DNA of 64,000 nt from Candidatus Poribacteria bacterium (GCA_965215015.1 OZ244042.1:1472001-1536000); one strand, 5' to 3'; positions 11,299 through 22,480 are shown, numbered from the stretch's first letter. Notes: generated by a model from the sequence alone, not told the origin. Numbers and translations are program-made.

Positions 11299-12333
11299 CT
11301 AACCCAGTGGAGTAACCATAACCCAGAACGGTTGACTTCCAACGGCGTAGTCTTGAAGCGGCTGCAACTCGCCGGTTTCTGCATCCACACGATAGCAAGT
11401 CATTGTGTCCGCAGCCTCGCCAGCACCGTAAAGATAAGCACCTGTCGGGTCAATATTGAATGATCGCGGACTCGCCGAGATCGGAAAATGTCCAAACGGA
11501 CTGATTGACCCATCGGTGTCAATGTTGAAGCCGACAATACTGTCGTGCCCCCGATTGGATGCATACGCCCATTTCCCATTCGGATGTACCTCCACATGAG
11601 CTGTTGCTCCGCCCTCTGTATAGTCCGAGGGCAAGGTCGAAATATTCTGGAAAATCTCGAGTGTGCCCTTTTCGGGGTCGTAGCGGTGGGCAGTCACTGT
11701 GTTGCCCTGCTCATTGACGATGTAAGCGACATCCCCTTGAGGCCGAAAACAGATATGGCGGGGACCCGTTTCATCGTCGGGCGGTGCCAGTTCGGCGGGG
11801 GTATTAGGGGTGAGTTGACCCGACTCGCTATCAAAGCGGAATTGGCTGGTCTTGTTATTCGGGCAGACGTGCGGGACAAAGACGAAGCGATCTTCGGTCG
11901 CTGAGAGGATTGCGTGAGCCTTCTCGCCGGTATCGACATATTGCACTAGTTCTCCGATTGCCCCGTCGTCTCCTAGCCGATGTACGGTGACGCCGCCCCC
12001 ACCGTAGTAAGCAGTGAGCAGGAAACGTCCGTGCCTACCCGTGGTGAGATGGGCAGGAATACCGATGCCGGTATCTACCTTGTTGATGAGGGTGAGTTCA
12101 CCTGAGTCAATATTAAGACGAAAACTTGCCAACGTGGTTGATCCCACGTGACCATCATACATTACGTTTCCAGACGGATGCAGACAGAGAGCCCCTGAAG
12201 GTCCGTGCGCGTTGCTAGTTGAATGCAGCTTTAATGCGCCTGAATCGGGGTCCATGTCATAGCATTTAATCTGTTCGTCCCCGGTAAGAGAAACAAATAC
12301 GACACATCGGTTTTTATCGTTTGGCATATACAA
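11299..12333 (-). CDS. Lactonase family beta-propeller (6-phosphogluconolactonase-like)
   Basis: GPRHICF, YASNRGHDSI, SPRSFNIDPTG motifs. Confidence 0.85.
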   Translation of the reverse strand: MYMPNDKNRCVVFVSLTGDEQIKCYDMDPDSGALKLHSTSNAHGPSGALCLHPSGNVMYDGHVGSTTLASFRLNIDSGELTLINKVDTGIGIPAHLTTGRHGRFLLTAYYGGGGVTVHRLGDDGAIGELVQYVDTGEKAHAILSATEDRFVFVPHVCPNNKTSQFRFDSESGQLTPNTPAELAPPDDETGPRHICFRPQGDVAYIVNEQGNTVTAHRYDPEKGTLEIFQNISTLPSDYTEGGATAHVEVHPNGKWAYASNRGHDSIVGFNIDTDGSISPFGHFPISASPRSFNIDPTGAYLYGAGEAADTMTCYRVDAETGELQPLQDYAVGSQPFWVMVTPLG

Positions 12334-12571
12334 TAAACTCCTATTTTGTGACGGTTTACTTAAAGTCTATATAATCCATTCGGGCAGCGAAAATTCAGCG
12401 CAAAAATGACTGGCACATCATTACAGACGGCACCGTAGTTTCACACACTCTAACTTCGTACCTGAATGGCTCAAATTCTACCATTTTAGACCAACCGAAT
12501 GCCAATCGAATTTTATGCGAACCCAGTACGCTCGCAAGGGCGACTTGAGCACCGTACAATCGCGGATAGGC

Positions 12572-14101
12572 CTATTCGATGACTGACTGTGAGCGAATCT
12601 GCCACATCGTAACCTCCGGTGGGTCTAGAGTCAAGGAGTAGAATTTGGTCCCCGAAAAAATATAAAACCGCAACTTGATGTAGAACTCGTTTTTAGGAAG
12701 ATTGGGGTAACTCGCTTCGCGTTCTTCGCTCACACCAGGCCAGCCGGGAATGCCATTCCACGACAGCACGCTGTCAAGGGTGTCCCCGCGGATAGGATCG
12801 CAATCGGCGGCGGTGAAACCGGGGATGGGCGCGCCGGTGTCTTCTAATACTTCATATCGTAGTTCGCCCGCTGTGGCATCCACGTTAGCCGTCACCGTTC
12901 CCCCTGATTCTTGACGGAAGCGATGAGTGGTCAGAATCCCCGGCGCATACGAATCTGCTTCCACGCTGACATAACCATCGGGCCGGAGTTGTGCAACCCC
13001 GATTCCTGTCTGTTGTTCTTTTGGGGTCCCTGCATAGCGCAACTGTGGTGTACGGTTGTTATGGGTTACGCCGACCCCATTGTAGTAAAACCAAAGCATC
13101 CCATTGTGATGAATAGGACCAGAGACGTACATGGACCCCCAATCCCATGCGCCGGGTTTGCCACGAGGAATAAATGGTTCGCGGTACCGCTTCCATGAGA
13201 CCGTATCACGGCTTACAGCTAGTTGTGGTTCAACGACTCCATCTACCCGCGCTGGCAGTGCTACTGCCCCCGTGGCGTTGCCCCAGTAAAGTTCCGGTTG
13301 TTCTATCGCGTATGATTCGGCCAAATCAGTAAAAAAGACACTGAGCATGATTATATGTAATCCACCGTTTGTGCGGTTGGCCGTATCATAGCCTGCAGCG
13401 TAAAACTCCGTCCCCGGCGGGTCATCGAGGTCTTGATCAATGACTGTGCGTAGGCCGGACCAATTGAGGAAGTCCTGACTGTCACGCCGTCCGAGAACAC
13501 GGGTTCGACGACTTGAACCGCGCTGGCTATAAGATATGTAAGGCGCTTCGGGGTTGATGGAGCCGCCGAAGGTTTCTGCGGGAGAGCCGAAAGCGAAGAG
13601 CTGTTTCTGATGATTGTGGGGGCCGGAGGGATAGTGACACCAGTTGTATCCATCCGCCGAATAGAGTGCTTGCCAGATGCCTTCATGGGGGACATGGGCT
13701 ATCCGCTTCCACCGATAGGTTTCATCTGTTTCATGGGGGTCGTACAGGATGCTCCCAAGTGATGGGCAGTCCCTCGGCCAATTGATGATGTTGTTGTTTT
13801 TGGAGGCTTTAAACTCGACGATACCCAAATTAGGACGTTCCCAATGAATGCCATTGTGGGACTCTAAAACGCACATTACGGAGTTTACGCCCGGATAGTA
13901 CATCCGAAAGGTGTGATTTTTCTCATCGTAGATGATTGCTCCTTGAACGACCTCGCTTTCCCACGGCCGATCCGGCTTAACCGTGTGAAGCGGTTCGTCA
14001 ATAGTGATTTTCTCTGGACAATTGAGGACGCGATGCGCTCCAACCATCGATTCGATGAAGAAATCGTCTATAAATACCTGCTTTCCTGGATGCATTTCCA
14101 T
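12572..14101 (-). CDS. Glycoside-hydrolase-like (GH32/43 clan-like) beta-propeller hypothetical protein
   Basis: KQVFIDDFFIE, SxDGxxW Asp-box-like repeats, LRPDGYVSVEA tail; start at ATG 14101 behind AAGGA. Confidence 0.6.
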   Translation of the reverse strand: MEMHPGKQVFIDDFFIESMVGAHRVLNCPEKITIDEPLHTVKPDRPWESEVVQGAIIYDEKNHTFRMYYPGVNSVMCVLESHNGIHWERPNLGIVEFKASKNNNIINWPRDCPSLGSILYDPHETDETYRWKRIAHVPHEGIWQALYSADGYNWCHYPSGPHNHQKQLFAFGSPAETFGGSINPEAPYISYSQRGSSRRTRVLGRRDSQDFLNWSGLRTVIDQDLDDPPGTEFYAAGYDTANRTNGGLHIIMLSVFFTDLAESYAIEQPELYWGNATGAVALPARVDGVVEPQLAVSRDTVSWKRYREPFIPRGKPGAWDWGSMYVSGPIHHNGMLWFYYNGVGVTHNNRTPQLRYAGTPKEQQTGIGVAQLRPDGYVSVEADSYAPGILTTHRFRQESGGTVTANVDATAGELRYEVLEDTGAPIPGFTAADCDPIRGDTLDSVLSWNGIPGWPGVSEEREASYPNLPKNEFYIKLRFYIFSGTKFYSLTLDPPEVTMWQIRSQSVIE

Positions 14102-14244
14102 GTGGTTTTCCTTTTGATCAATTCCACGTACCGGATGTAGTGTTAAATCCGTTGACAGGTTGTCAATTGCTGTGCTATGATGATGATGTTTTCTCCTTGC
14201 TAAGTATACGCAAGTTGCTGTTATCTGAGGGGTGCTCATAATTA

Positions 14245-14700
14245 TTGTCTGAATCGCGGATTAAACAGATCCAGCAGATTGCTAGGTGGTAGATGGGGCA
14301 AGATGCCCTACCTATGGGGTTGGGGATATTTTGTTTTTCCCCATTCGGGTTGGGAGTTTAATGAAAGTTGCGTGTTAGCCAAGCTATATGCCATAACGAT
14401 TGTGTGATTTATGGCACGCGGAGTGTGCCTACTTCTTTATGAGCACCCCCAGTTATGTGAGGTGTGATAAAAGTCAACCTCCTATATCCCTTGGTCGGGC
14501 AGCCCTGATAAATCAGGATTTCGCTTACGCTCAACTTGTTCGACTGCCAAAGTCCCAGTTGCTTTGAATCCCAATCTTATCAGAAAGAAATGCTATCAAT
14601 AGGGGGCGCAGATTTCCCAATCTATGATCGCAGACATGGCAGGTTAGGAAACCCGAATTGCATCGAGGACAGGCTCTGCGCCACGATTGGATTGTGATTG
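14245..14700. repeat. Intergenic cluster of short REP-like palindromes
   Basis: ttgtctgaatc half-element (as in the 30.7 kb repeats), ggcacgcggagtgtgcc, ccctgataaatcagg. Confidence 0.4.
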
Positions 14701-14910
14701 TCAGATGGCAGTAAGTATAATAGTAGTTCCTTGTGTTCAAGCAGCTACGATCACTGTTGCATGAAACACTGTTGCATGAAATGGAAAAACGTATCCATTC
14801 TCCACGCGAAAACGGAGTATGTTTTCTAGTGTAACTCAAGTTGCTAGGTTCTGAGGTTACGGCTACTAGCAACCTATGTTAAGTATACAGAACTAAAGGA
14901 CGAAGAGGCA

Positions 14911-16035
14911 ATGAAGGACTCAAATGCACAAAAACAAGCTGATAATGGCGCGTTAGCAGCCCATGTGGACGATTTGTTGCGCCCGGAGGTGCTGGAGGCC
15001 TTTGACCGCACAGCCTTCGAGCACAATGGATATTGGGTATGGGAGGACGTACTGACCGACGCCGGTCGAAAACAGTTCACCGCCAGTCTACAGAAATTGC
15101 AGCACATGAACGACTGCATCCTTACGGATACCGACTGGGCTTCCATCGACTTTGAGGCGCGTGGATTGACATCCCCTCCTCCAGAGCAAATCACTCCAGA
15201 GTTTTTGACATCTTGCTGCGGTGGATCAGAGCAGATGCCCAACTTCCTTAGATCAGAGACGCGTGCATATATGCACGACCATGGACTTTTCGGTCCGGGC
15301 CCTGCGTTAGTTACACGCGGATACGAGTCGCTGGGCGTCATGCCGGAATATTTTCCTGCCGGATACGATGACTTCATTATGGATATTACCACCGCCCATC
15401 CCCAGATGATGGAGCTATTCAAGAAACTCTTCGGCGACCGCTTCGTGCTTGACCACTGCTTAATGCTTAACCGGGGAGCTGGATCGCCAGGCAGGCGTTG
15501 GCATGCTCACCAGTATCGAGACGGGCAGTACGAGGTCGAAGACCCTATCGGCACCGGTAAGGCATTAACCCCTGAGTTTCTACAGCAGCAGTGCATCCGA
15601 ACACTGTGCTATCCGGAAGGTGCAGAAAGTGGAGGCGGTGCGGAACTTGGGGTTATCCCGGGATCCCATCTTTACCGCATCCCGTACAAGTGGAACACAG
15701 AGCGACCTGATGAAGACGCCGACATGCAGGCAAATTGGCTGATGGGAAAGACCCACGCCATCACAGGCAAGCCGTTGGAAATTGTACATCTATCGCTACC
15801 CCCCGGGAGCATGGTTTCCTTTGTTCACCATATGCCACATCACGTCCAACGCCGGCCGCCGGGGGCACCCACCCGGTGGGGGTTGCTGATGGCGTATCGA
15901 ACGCCAGATCCCGCAGCCTCGCCAGCTAAGTGGACAAACGGTGTGCCAACCCATTGGGTAAAGCGTACTGCGGCAGCAGGAAAACTCTCCGATGCAGAGC
16001 GTCGCGTGTTCGAGGCGGACAACCCCCTTAACTGA
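14911..16035 (+). CDS. PhyH-like Fe(II)/2-oxoglutarate dioxygenase
   Basis: FEHNGYWVWEDVL, WHAH, LGVIPGSH, PPGSMVSFVHHMPH. Confidence 0.75.
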   Translation: MKDSNAQKQADNGALAAHVDDLLRPEVLEAFDRTAFEHNGYWVWEDVLTDAGRKQFTASLQKLQHMNDCILTDTDWASIDFEARGLTSPPPEQITPEFLTSCCGGSEQMPNFLRSETRAYMHDHGLFGPGPALVTRGYESLGVMPEYFPAGYDDFIMDITTAHPQMMELFKKLFGDRFVLDHCLMLNRGAGSPGRRWHAHQYRDGQYEVEDPIGTGKALTPEFLQQQCIRTLCYPEGAESGGGAELGVIPGSHLYRIPYKWNTERPDEDADMQANWLMGKTHAITGKPLEIVHLSLPPGSMVSFVHHMPHHVQRRPPGAPTRWGLLMAYRTPDPAASPAKWTNGVPTHWVKRTAAAGKLSDAERRVFEADNPLN

Positions 16036-16039
16036 TCCA

Positions 16040-17269
16040 TCAAGACTGTGAATCCACAGTCCGCCCGCCCGTCAACCCCTTGTCGTAGCTCGGTCGAAAT
16101 AACTCGGTGAGAACAGCTGGTAGTTCGCCCCGTTGCGCTTTCATCGCCCATACCGGCGGGATTGAATGCGATGGCTGGGCGTAACCGGTCACATCACTGG
16201 GTTTCTTGTAGCAGTAAAGTGAGCACCAGCGAGTCTTTCTGCCCAAGGCTTTGGGTGCTACTGCATGTGCGGCATGCGACAAGCAGCAGACCACTGACCC
16301 CGGAGGAATCGAGAGATATTCAATTTGAAGCGGCTCGGAAGTAACAGGATGCACTCGTCCTGCCAACCAACCCTGCCGCATCTCTTCGTCGGTGTCAGCC
16401 CGGCAACCCGCTGGATCTCGAAAAAGATGGCTGCCCCGAATGATTTTGAGGCCCCCGTCGTCCTCGGCTTCAAAACCTTGGGGGTAACAAAGCGTAAGAT
16501 TGAAATTCGGTTGTGCCTGGTACTCCGACAGATTTGCTATGCCGCAGTTGTCCGCCCCACCCCCGATCTTATGACTGTGCCACGCGCCACCGGGATAGCC
16601 TGGGGGTCTAGTCAATAGCTGGTTGTGATCGAAATAGATGGTGTTGCTGCCGAGGCACATCCGCTGCAGTCGGAGCATCTGTGGGTGTATGAGGACGTTC
16701 ATTAAGTACGGGACGTGCCCTGCCGGAAAATACTCGGCAAAAACACTATGCTGCCGCAACGTCTTCACGCCAGCCTCATCGTCCGATTGCGGCACCCGCT
16801 GGCTTCCTCCGAGGGCGTTATTAATCTCCTCAACGGTGAGACATTTTGTTGGTAGTTTGCGCCCAAGAACGCCCCAATCAATTTGGGTCCAGTCTGATCT
16901 CAGCAGTCTATCGTTGAGTTGCTGACCATATTTCAACGCCGCTGTCCAGTCTTCGATAGCTTTGGGTGTCATGACTTCTTTTAGAACAGCATATCCATCC
17001 CTCGAAAAACTGGCGTCGTCGAATTGTGCAATAACCGCAGACATGTCGAATAGCGGTTCGCGATTTGCTTCTAACCGGCCCCAATCGCTATCAAACCACT
17101 GCACAGGAGAGTGCCCATTGGCCAGGAAGCTGGGGCGGGTGGCACCTGCAAGTTCACCGGTTGAGCGCAGCAGGAGCTGGGCTAATGTCGGATCTGACAC
17201 TCCGGGGACGAGAAGTGGGTTCTGGGGCATTGTGGGAGCAGAATCAGGAGATGACACTTTTTCCTTCAT
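16040..17269 (-). CDS. PhyH-like dioxygenase, paralog of 14911-16035
   Basis: FSRDGYAVL, EYFPAG shared with neighbour, WHSH, GGLKIIRGSH, PPGSVVCCLSHAAH. Confidence 0.75.
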   Translation of the reverse strand: MKEKVSSPDSAPTMPQNPLLVPGVSDPTLAQLLLRSTGELAGATRPSFLANGHSPVQWFDSDWGRLEANREPLFDMSAVIAQFDDASFSRDGYAVLKEVMTPKAIEDWTAALKYGQQLNDRLLRSDWTQIDWGVLGRKLPTKCLTVEEINNALGGSQRVPQSDDEAGVKTLRQHSVFAEYFPAGHVPYLMNVLIHPQMLRLQRMCLGSNTIYFDHNQLLTRPPGYPGGAWHSHKIGGGADNCGIANLSEYQAQPNFNLTLCYPQGFEAEDDGGLKIIRGSHLFRDPAGCRADTDEEMRQGWLAGRVHPVTSEPLQIEYLSIPPGSVVCCLSHAAHAVAPKALGRKTRWCSLYCYKKPSDVTGYAQPSHSIPPVWAMKAQRGELPAVLTELFRPSYDKGLTGGRTVDSQS

Positions 17270-17572
17270 AGCTGACCTCTTTTCCCAAAAATTATGGGCG
17301 GATTTTCTAGGAAAATCCGATTGTTGGCATATTAACCTGATAGTTTACATCATCCCAACAGGTAACGAACTTTTCCTTGATTTGTTAGATTGATAATGAT
17401 AGTATCTTGTTGCAGTTTAGCACCTTGTAAGTAGACTGTCAAGCCGAAAAAACCACACGGTATAGACGGGCACCGGAGTTCATATAACTTATCTCTCCGG
17501 AGCCTGAATAACTCCCTGAATTCGCACACATTCAGTTACGTCCAAATCAAGAAAGGAGCGAATCTTGATCCG

Positions 17573-17832
17573 ATGATAAACATTGTAATGGTCGGTGCTG
17601 GAGGGATTGCCAGAACACATGCTAGCTCGCTGATGTGCATCCCTGGTGCAGATATCGTTGGCGTCATTGACCCGCATAAAGAGCGTGCTGAAACCCTTGC
17701 AAGTACGGTTAGGGCAACAGTTTATCAGAACTTAGAAGATTGTATGGATGGAGCCGATACGGACTGGCTGCCCTCAAAGTCTCGCATGCCATACTCGATT
17801 CTCACTACAAAAAAGAGGTGATTACTTTATGA
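17573..17832 (+). pseudogene. Gfo/Idh/MocA oxidoreductase with large internal deletion
   Basis: N-terminal IVMVGAGGIA...DCMDGAD joined out of frame at ~17760 to a typical C-terminus GLAALKVSHAILDSHYKKEVITL*. Confidence 0.7.
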
Positions 17833-17919
17833 TTGTGGAGAATCGGTGAACCGTCGGGACTGTCAAGTTTAGTGATGGGGACTATCTGGATGTACCACAA
17901 CATGCTGTCAACCATCAAG

Positions 17920-18471
17920 CAGGGAAACGACGGGAATTTCTATGTCGGGGATACTGGATGGCATCCGGACCTGGGGTGGGATCCGCACATCCCGGATGGG
18001 GAAAATGACCCCAACCGCAACATTGCACAGTGGCAGTATCACTACCGTCCGAGTATCAAGGTTGCGTTCTATCTGGATTCTGTCCGTAAAGATACCGGCT
18101 GCCTTCGCGTTATTCCGGGTGCACATCGGAATCCGTACCACGACCAGTTATGGTCGCTCCATCTGAATGTCCCTTCCGCTATATCCGAAGACGACTCCTA
18201 CAAGTTCGAGAATGTGCGTCCAAAACTCCTTAAGATGTGGGAGCAGGCGACGGGTGATAAGGAAGGTGGGAGGCAATTTCTGTCGAATCCCGATATGAAT
18301 CACTTTGGACTCGCACCATGCGATATTCCGAGTTTCCCCATTGAATCTGAGCCGGGCGATGTGGTCTTCTTCAGCCATCAACTCTGGCATGCGTCGTTTG
18401 GGGGGCGTGTAGGTAGACGGATGTTTACGCTAAACTTCCGAAGCGCACTAACTGAAAGTGATTGTGTATAG
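17920..18471 (+). pseudogene. 5'-truncated PhyH family dioxygenase
   Basis: GNDGNFYVGDTGWHPD, IKVAFYLD, GCLRVIPGAH, EPGDVVFFSHQLWHAS; the normal N-terminal segment is absent. Confidence 0.65.
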
Positions 18472-18507
18472 TATCTTCTCTAGAAAATTTTAACGGAAAG
18501 GTTTGTT

Positions 18508-19368
18508 ATGGAATATCGTGAACTTGGAAGGACAGGGATGCGGTTGAGCGTCATCGGGACGGGCGGCCTTCTAGCACACTATTGGGAGGGAGAATCGGGC
18601 CATCCGCCACCCGAAGAGAAGCGGCAAATCTATCTGCGGGCAGTCGAATCTGGGATAAACTTATTTGATATGGGCTACGGGGACGAGATTCATATTCCAG
18701 AAGAATTGAAGGGCAATACAGACGAGCGTTACTTCTCCCTGAAAGTCGGCGCACCCGCAGCAGCAGGTTTGGAAGGGATAATTGACAAACATCTTATGAA
18801 CCTACGTAGAGATGCGATTGACATCCTCCGGGTACACTATTATGCCTACATGAACGACATCCAACTGAGGAAGCGAATTACCGATCTCAAGCAGATGGGG
18901 AAGGTGCAATCGCTCTGTCTGATACGCCACTTTGAGGAGGACCAAAATGCCTATGTAGCGCGCGGTCCAGAAAAGGCCGCAGACGCAGACTTGGTTATCT
19001 ACAATTACGTCTGTCGTGGTCAGGCTCCGGGTATTCGAGCATCGTCCAAAGCTGGAAAGGGAGTCTTGGTAATGAAGGCACTCGGTGGGCAATACTTAAG
19101 CTGGAAACATAAAACTGGGACGGACTGGACCAAAGCGACGGAGGAAACTCTGGTGAAGCTTTCACCCCTCGGTGAGAATATGCGCAGCGAATTACCACTT
19201 GTCTACTCTTTTACCGCCGGTCCCTGGAGTGAGTTAGTTGAGTCTAAAGAGAAGATTTCGCCGACCGGGAAGGCATTATCATGGGTGCTTGAGAACCAAG
19301 GTGTGAGCAGTGCGCTCGTGGCGGTTGCCAGTGTCAAAGAACTTGAGGCTGTCTTGGAGGGTATATAG
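18508..19368 (+). CDS. Aldo/keto reductase family protein
   Basis: MEYRELGRTGMRLSVIG, GINLFDMGYG, LRRDAIDIL, VMKALGG. Confidence 0.8.
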   Translation: MEYRELGRTGMRLSVIGTGGLLAHYWEGESGHPPPEEKRQIYLRAVESGINLFDMGYGDEIHIPEELKGNTDERYFSLKVGAPAAAGLEGIIDKHLMNLRRDAIDILRVHYYAYMNDIQLRKRITDLKQMGKVQSLCLIRHFEEDQNAYVARGPEKAADADLVIYNYVCRGQAPGIRASSKAGKGVLVMKALGGQYLSWKHKTGTDWTKATEETLVKLSPLGENMRSELPLVYSFTAGPWSELVESKEKISPTGKALSWVLENQGVSSALVAVASVKELEAVLEGI

Positions 19369-19577
19369 AAAGTCTCTAATAACCAATGGGGCGTTGATAC
19401 AATCCCCGGTCAAAGACTGAGAGTGAAAAGTGACAACAATCTGTTCATTGGTATATTAGTTGATTGGTTCATTCATGAACTAATGGACCAAGGGGTAGAA
19501 ACGTCATCCTCACCGATTGGCACCAAAAAATTAATACAAATTACGAGACTGCTACAAGATTGTTAAGCGAGGTTTTC

Positions 19578-20333
19578 ATGGATATACAACTGACATCGGT
19601 TCAAAAAGAAGAATATCAGCGCGATGGTTATACTATCGCCACAGGTGTGTTCGATCCGGATGAGTGCGATCGGTTTATTGAGTATATGATGGACCTACAT
19701 GCTGGGCGCAAGATCGTCGAGGGTTATCCCCCACGGGAGCCGAACGACTGGAGGCGGACACATAATCGCTCCCTTCACGAGCCTGTAGGGCTAGAGTGGA
19801 TGCTCGATGCTAGATTGTACCAACCGTTGCGGACGCTCCTCGGCGATGAGCCGGAGGCGGTACAGAGTATGTATTTCTATGTAGGTTCGGAACAACGCCG
19901 GCATCAGGATGCGTACCATCTACCGGGCTGTATGTCCGCATGGATTGCCCTTCAAGAGGTTGGCGCATGGAACGGGAGCATCCACGTCCAACTCGGTTCT
20001 CACAAAGGACCAATTATTGATAAGAGGGATTTTAGAACGGACGAAAACGGCAGCCGGGGACCTTGGTATGGCTGGCATCCCGAAGACGCATTCGATGCCC
20101 TGTTTGAACGTAACGGGCTTCCAGAAATCACTGTCGAAGCCTCAAAGGGAGACGTGGTATTCTTCCACGGTAGGCTCATCCATCGCGGCGGTCCCATTTT
20201 GGAGCCGGGGGCATTTCGCCACAGTTTTGCGTGTCACTACATCCCCCAGTCTTTTAACCCCTGGCCCTATGAAGAGCTGCCGAGGTTGCGGATCTCATTC
20301 GATAGGGTCTGCCGATTTACGCCGACCCATTGA
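19578..20333 (+). CDS. Phytanoyl-CoA dioxygenase (PhyH) family protein
   Basis: YQRDGY, HQDAY, SAWIAL, GSH, KGDVVFFHGRLIHRG. Confidence 0.85.
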   Translation: MDIQLTSVQKEEYQRDGYTIATGVFDPDECDRFIEYMMDLHAGRKIVEGYPPREPNDWRRTHNRSLHEPVGLEWMLDARLYQPLRTLLGDEPEAVQSMYFYVGSEQRRHQDAYHLPGCMSAWIALQEVGAWNGSIHVQLGSHKGPIIDKRDFRTDENGSRGPWYGWHPEDAFDALFERNGLPEITVEASKGDVVFFHGRLIHRGGPILEPGAFRHSFACHYIPQSFNPWPYEELPRLRISFDRVCRFTPTH

Positions 20334-20454
20334 GCACGTCGGGAACGGGATTTCCCTCCCACGGTGAGAGAGGCAGTCCTGCCTCGTCAAGTCCACACCT
20401 TACAAAGTCTCTAGAGACCGAATTTTGCCAAAAACTCGGTTTCTCTGCCCTTTA

Positions 20455-22101
20455 CTACTTCTTCATCGTCGTAAGTACAAGCTGTGCCTCGCTCTGTTGG
20501 ACGTCAGGCCGTTTCTGTTTCTTTTTCATACCGCGAAAATCACGCGCTGCTTGTCCGGCATCTTTGGCACTCAGGAAGTGATACCCCTCGCTTTCATACG
20601 TCTGGATCGATGGAAACTCCTCAGTCCGTGCAGCAACAATCAAGAGCTCCGCACCAAACGGCGGGGCACACTCAAACTCCTCCGGAATTTCAACAACGCG
20701 GTTCACCTTCGACTGGTCAATGTAGTGGGTGTCGTAGAGAAGCGTACGCCTGCCATCGGCAAGGATATAGAGCAACCGGAGGTAGGCTTCTCGATTGACG
20801 CGAACGAAAACCTTCATTGTCTCGCCCTCGGTGTAAAGCAGGTGCTCACTTCCCTTGTCTGTCCACATCTCGACCTGTAAGCCGCTAACGAACTCGCCTT
20901 CGGCGAAAGCGTTCTGCTCAATGAGGGCTTGCTTATAATTTTGCGGTTTGAAGTTGAGGCCTTTCATCCCCCGGTCAAACTTCACAACAACTCCCGCCCT
21001 AACTTCACCTGTTTCCACATCCCGCAATGGCGCCCGAATCGTGATTTCATCGCTGTTTTCCCAATAGGTGCCCGAAAGGAGCAGTGTCGCCCCCGTATCT
21101 TTTGCAAAATCGCGCCTGTGCTGGACTGAACGAGGACGAAAGTTGCCGCGTGAACGGTGCGTCTGATTGACAGTCTTCCACTTGGCTAGCTGCCCAAGTT
21201 GCGCCTCAAGCGCGGCGAGGAGTTGACGGGAAAAACGACTGGCCATCTGGGTATCTTGGTAGGTGAACGGTGCCAACAAGACTTTGCCCTCCGGTTGTTC
21301 AACCTGCTTTGAGAGTTGAAGCACGACAGCGCGGGCAACGCCATCAACGGAAGTGAGCGATTCTGATACGAGTTGCTCAACGCGATTGATGACCTCTGTA
21401 TGCGACAGGATCGGTGCGACATCGGGTTTGCCAGAAAGCTTCTTCGTGGCAAACCTCAACTCATCGAAGGCGACATCGCTCGGACTGCTGTCATGTTTTG
21501 TCACCAACAAAATAATCTTGGCCTCTTTCAATGCCTCGTAAAGTGGATAGGTGCTCAGGTATTTCTCCACTGCTATATCTATTTTTGAAGCTTTTTCTGC
21601 CGCTTCAGCATCGGCAAGGATTCGCCTTATTTCTTCATGCAGTTCTGACACCTGTTTGGTGTAGATATGTTTGAGTTTAGCGCGGCGGACGTAGGCGAGA
21701 ACGTATGTGGTTGGATTGCGTCCGGAATCAATGTAGGCTTCCGTTTCAAGCCCTAACAGTTTTAGTGCTGTCTCACTCTGGGTGACTCCGCTATACTGCT
21801 GGGATAGCATCCCTTCCATTTCTGATTCGGAGGTGCGAATGACACTCCTGACCTTTGTGACGATGTTGCGGGATACATCCGCTCGTGCGTTGTCCGCAGC
21901 AATTTGGCGAGGTTCCGCCCCGTCACCCCAAGCACTCCCGAAGCCAATGAGGTAAATGTGAACAGGCCGCTCTTCAGAACGCCCATAGTTCTTGACCCAA
22001 TCAGGTTTTGCGGCGTAGCCAGTTATTGTGAATAGAATTAAGAAACAAACAAGCGGTTTGCACATAATTAGCGATATGTTGTTTAAGTGCATCGTAATCA
22101 A
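20455..22101 (-). CDS. Exported LPP20-like / FlgO-like / DUF4384 multidomain protein
   Basis: Signal peptide, KPDWV, ADNARADVSRNI (LPP20-like), central CsgG/FlgO-like segment, C-terminal VEMWTDK...YTEGET...PPFGAE (DUF4384); true start probably a few codons downstream. Confidence 0.65.
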   Translation of the reverse strand: MITMHLNNISLIMCKPLVCFLILFTITGYAAKPDWVKNYGRSEERPVHIYLIGFGSAWGDGAEPRQIAADNARADVSRNIVTKVRSVIRTSESEMEGMLSQQYSGVTQSETALKLLGLETEAYIDSGRNPTTYVLAYVRRAKLKHIYTKQVSELHEEIRRILADAEAAEKASKIDIAVEKYLSTYPLYEALKEAKIILLVTKHDSSPSDVAFDELRFATKKLSGKPDVAPILSHTEVINRVEQLVSESLTSVDGVARAVVLQLSKQVEQPEGKVLLAPFTYQDTQMASRFSRQLLAALEAQLGQLAKWKTVNQTHRSRGNFRPRSVQHRRDFAKDTGATLLLSGTYWENSDEITIRAPLRDVETGEVRAGVVVKFDRGMKGLNFKPQNYKQALIEQNAFAEGEFVSGLQVEMWTDKGSEHLLYTEGETMKVFVRVNREAYLRLLYILADGRRTLLYDTHYIDQSKVNRVVEIPEEFECAPPFGAELLIVAARTEEFPSIQTYESEGYHFLSAKDAGQAARDFRGMKKKQKRPDVQQSEAQLVLTTMKK

Positions 22102-22107
22102 TGGACA

Positions 22108-22272
22108 GGGGGCCCGGGGACCGGATTTCTGATAGGCGAAGGGGTCAGAGGCATTCAGCTATTTATAGATAGTGGTACGTGAAACGGAGAACCGTCGGCA
22201 AGCCTCGGCTTTACTCCCTCCTGCTTCGATGAAACCAAGGACGCGTTTCCGTAAATCTGTTGAATATCTCAT
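22108..22272 (-). mobile_element. IS630-family transposase 5' remnant
   Basis: MRYSTDLRKRVLGFIEAGGSKAEACRRFSVSRTTIYK* with in-frame stop; homologous to 42486 ORF. Confidence 0.75.
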
Positions 22273-22480
22273 AATACTTGAAGTTTAACAGATTTCTAAT
22301 ACAATGTCCACTTACTTTCTATACTTCACCATAAATAAACGTTGAGATTTCAAGTAGAGATATGTTTTGTACCTACCCAACGAGAGTAACACAAGTGCTA
22401 ATGGAGTCCAACACTCTATCTTACCGGGGCAACCTCTCTTGATGTAGTCGCACAATTCGTTGGGCTAGTTATTGCACTAT

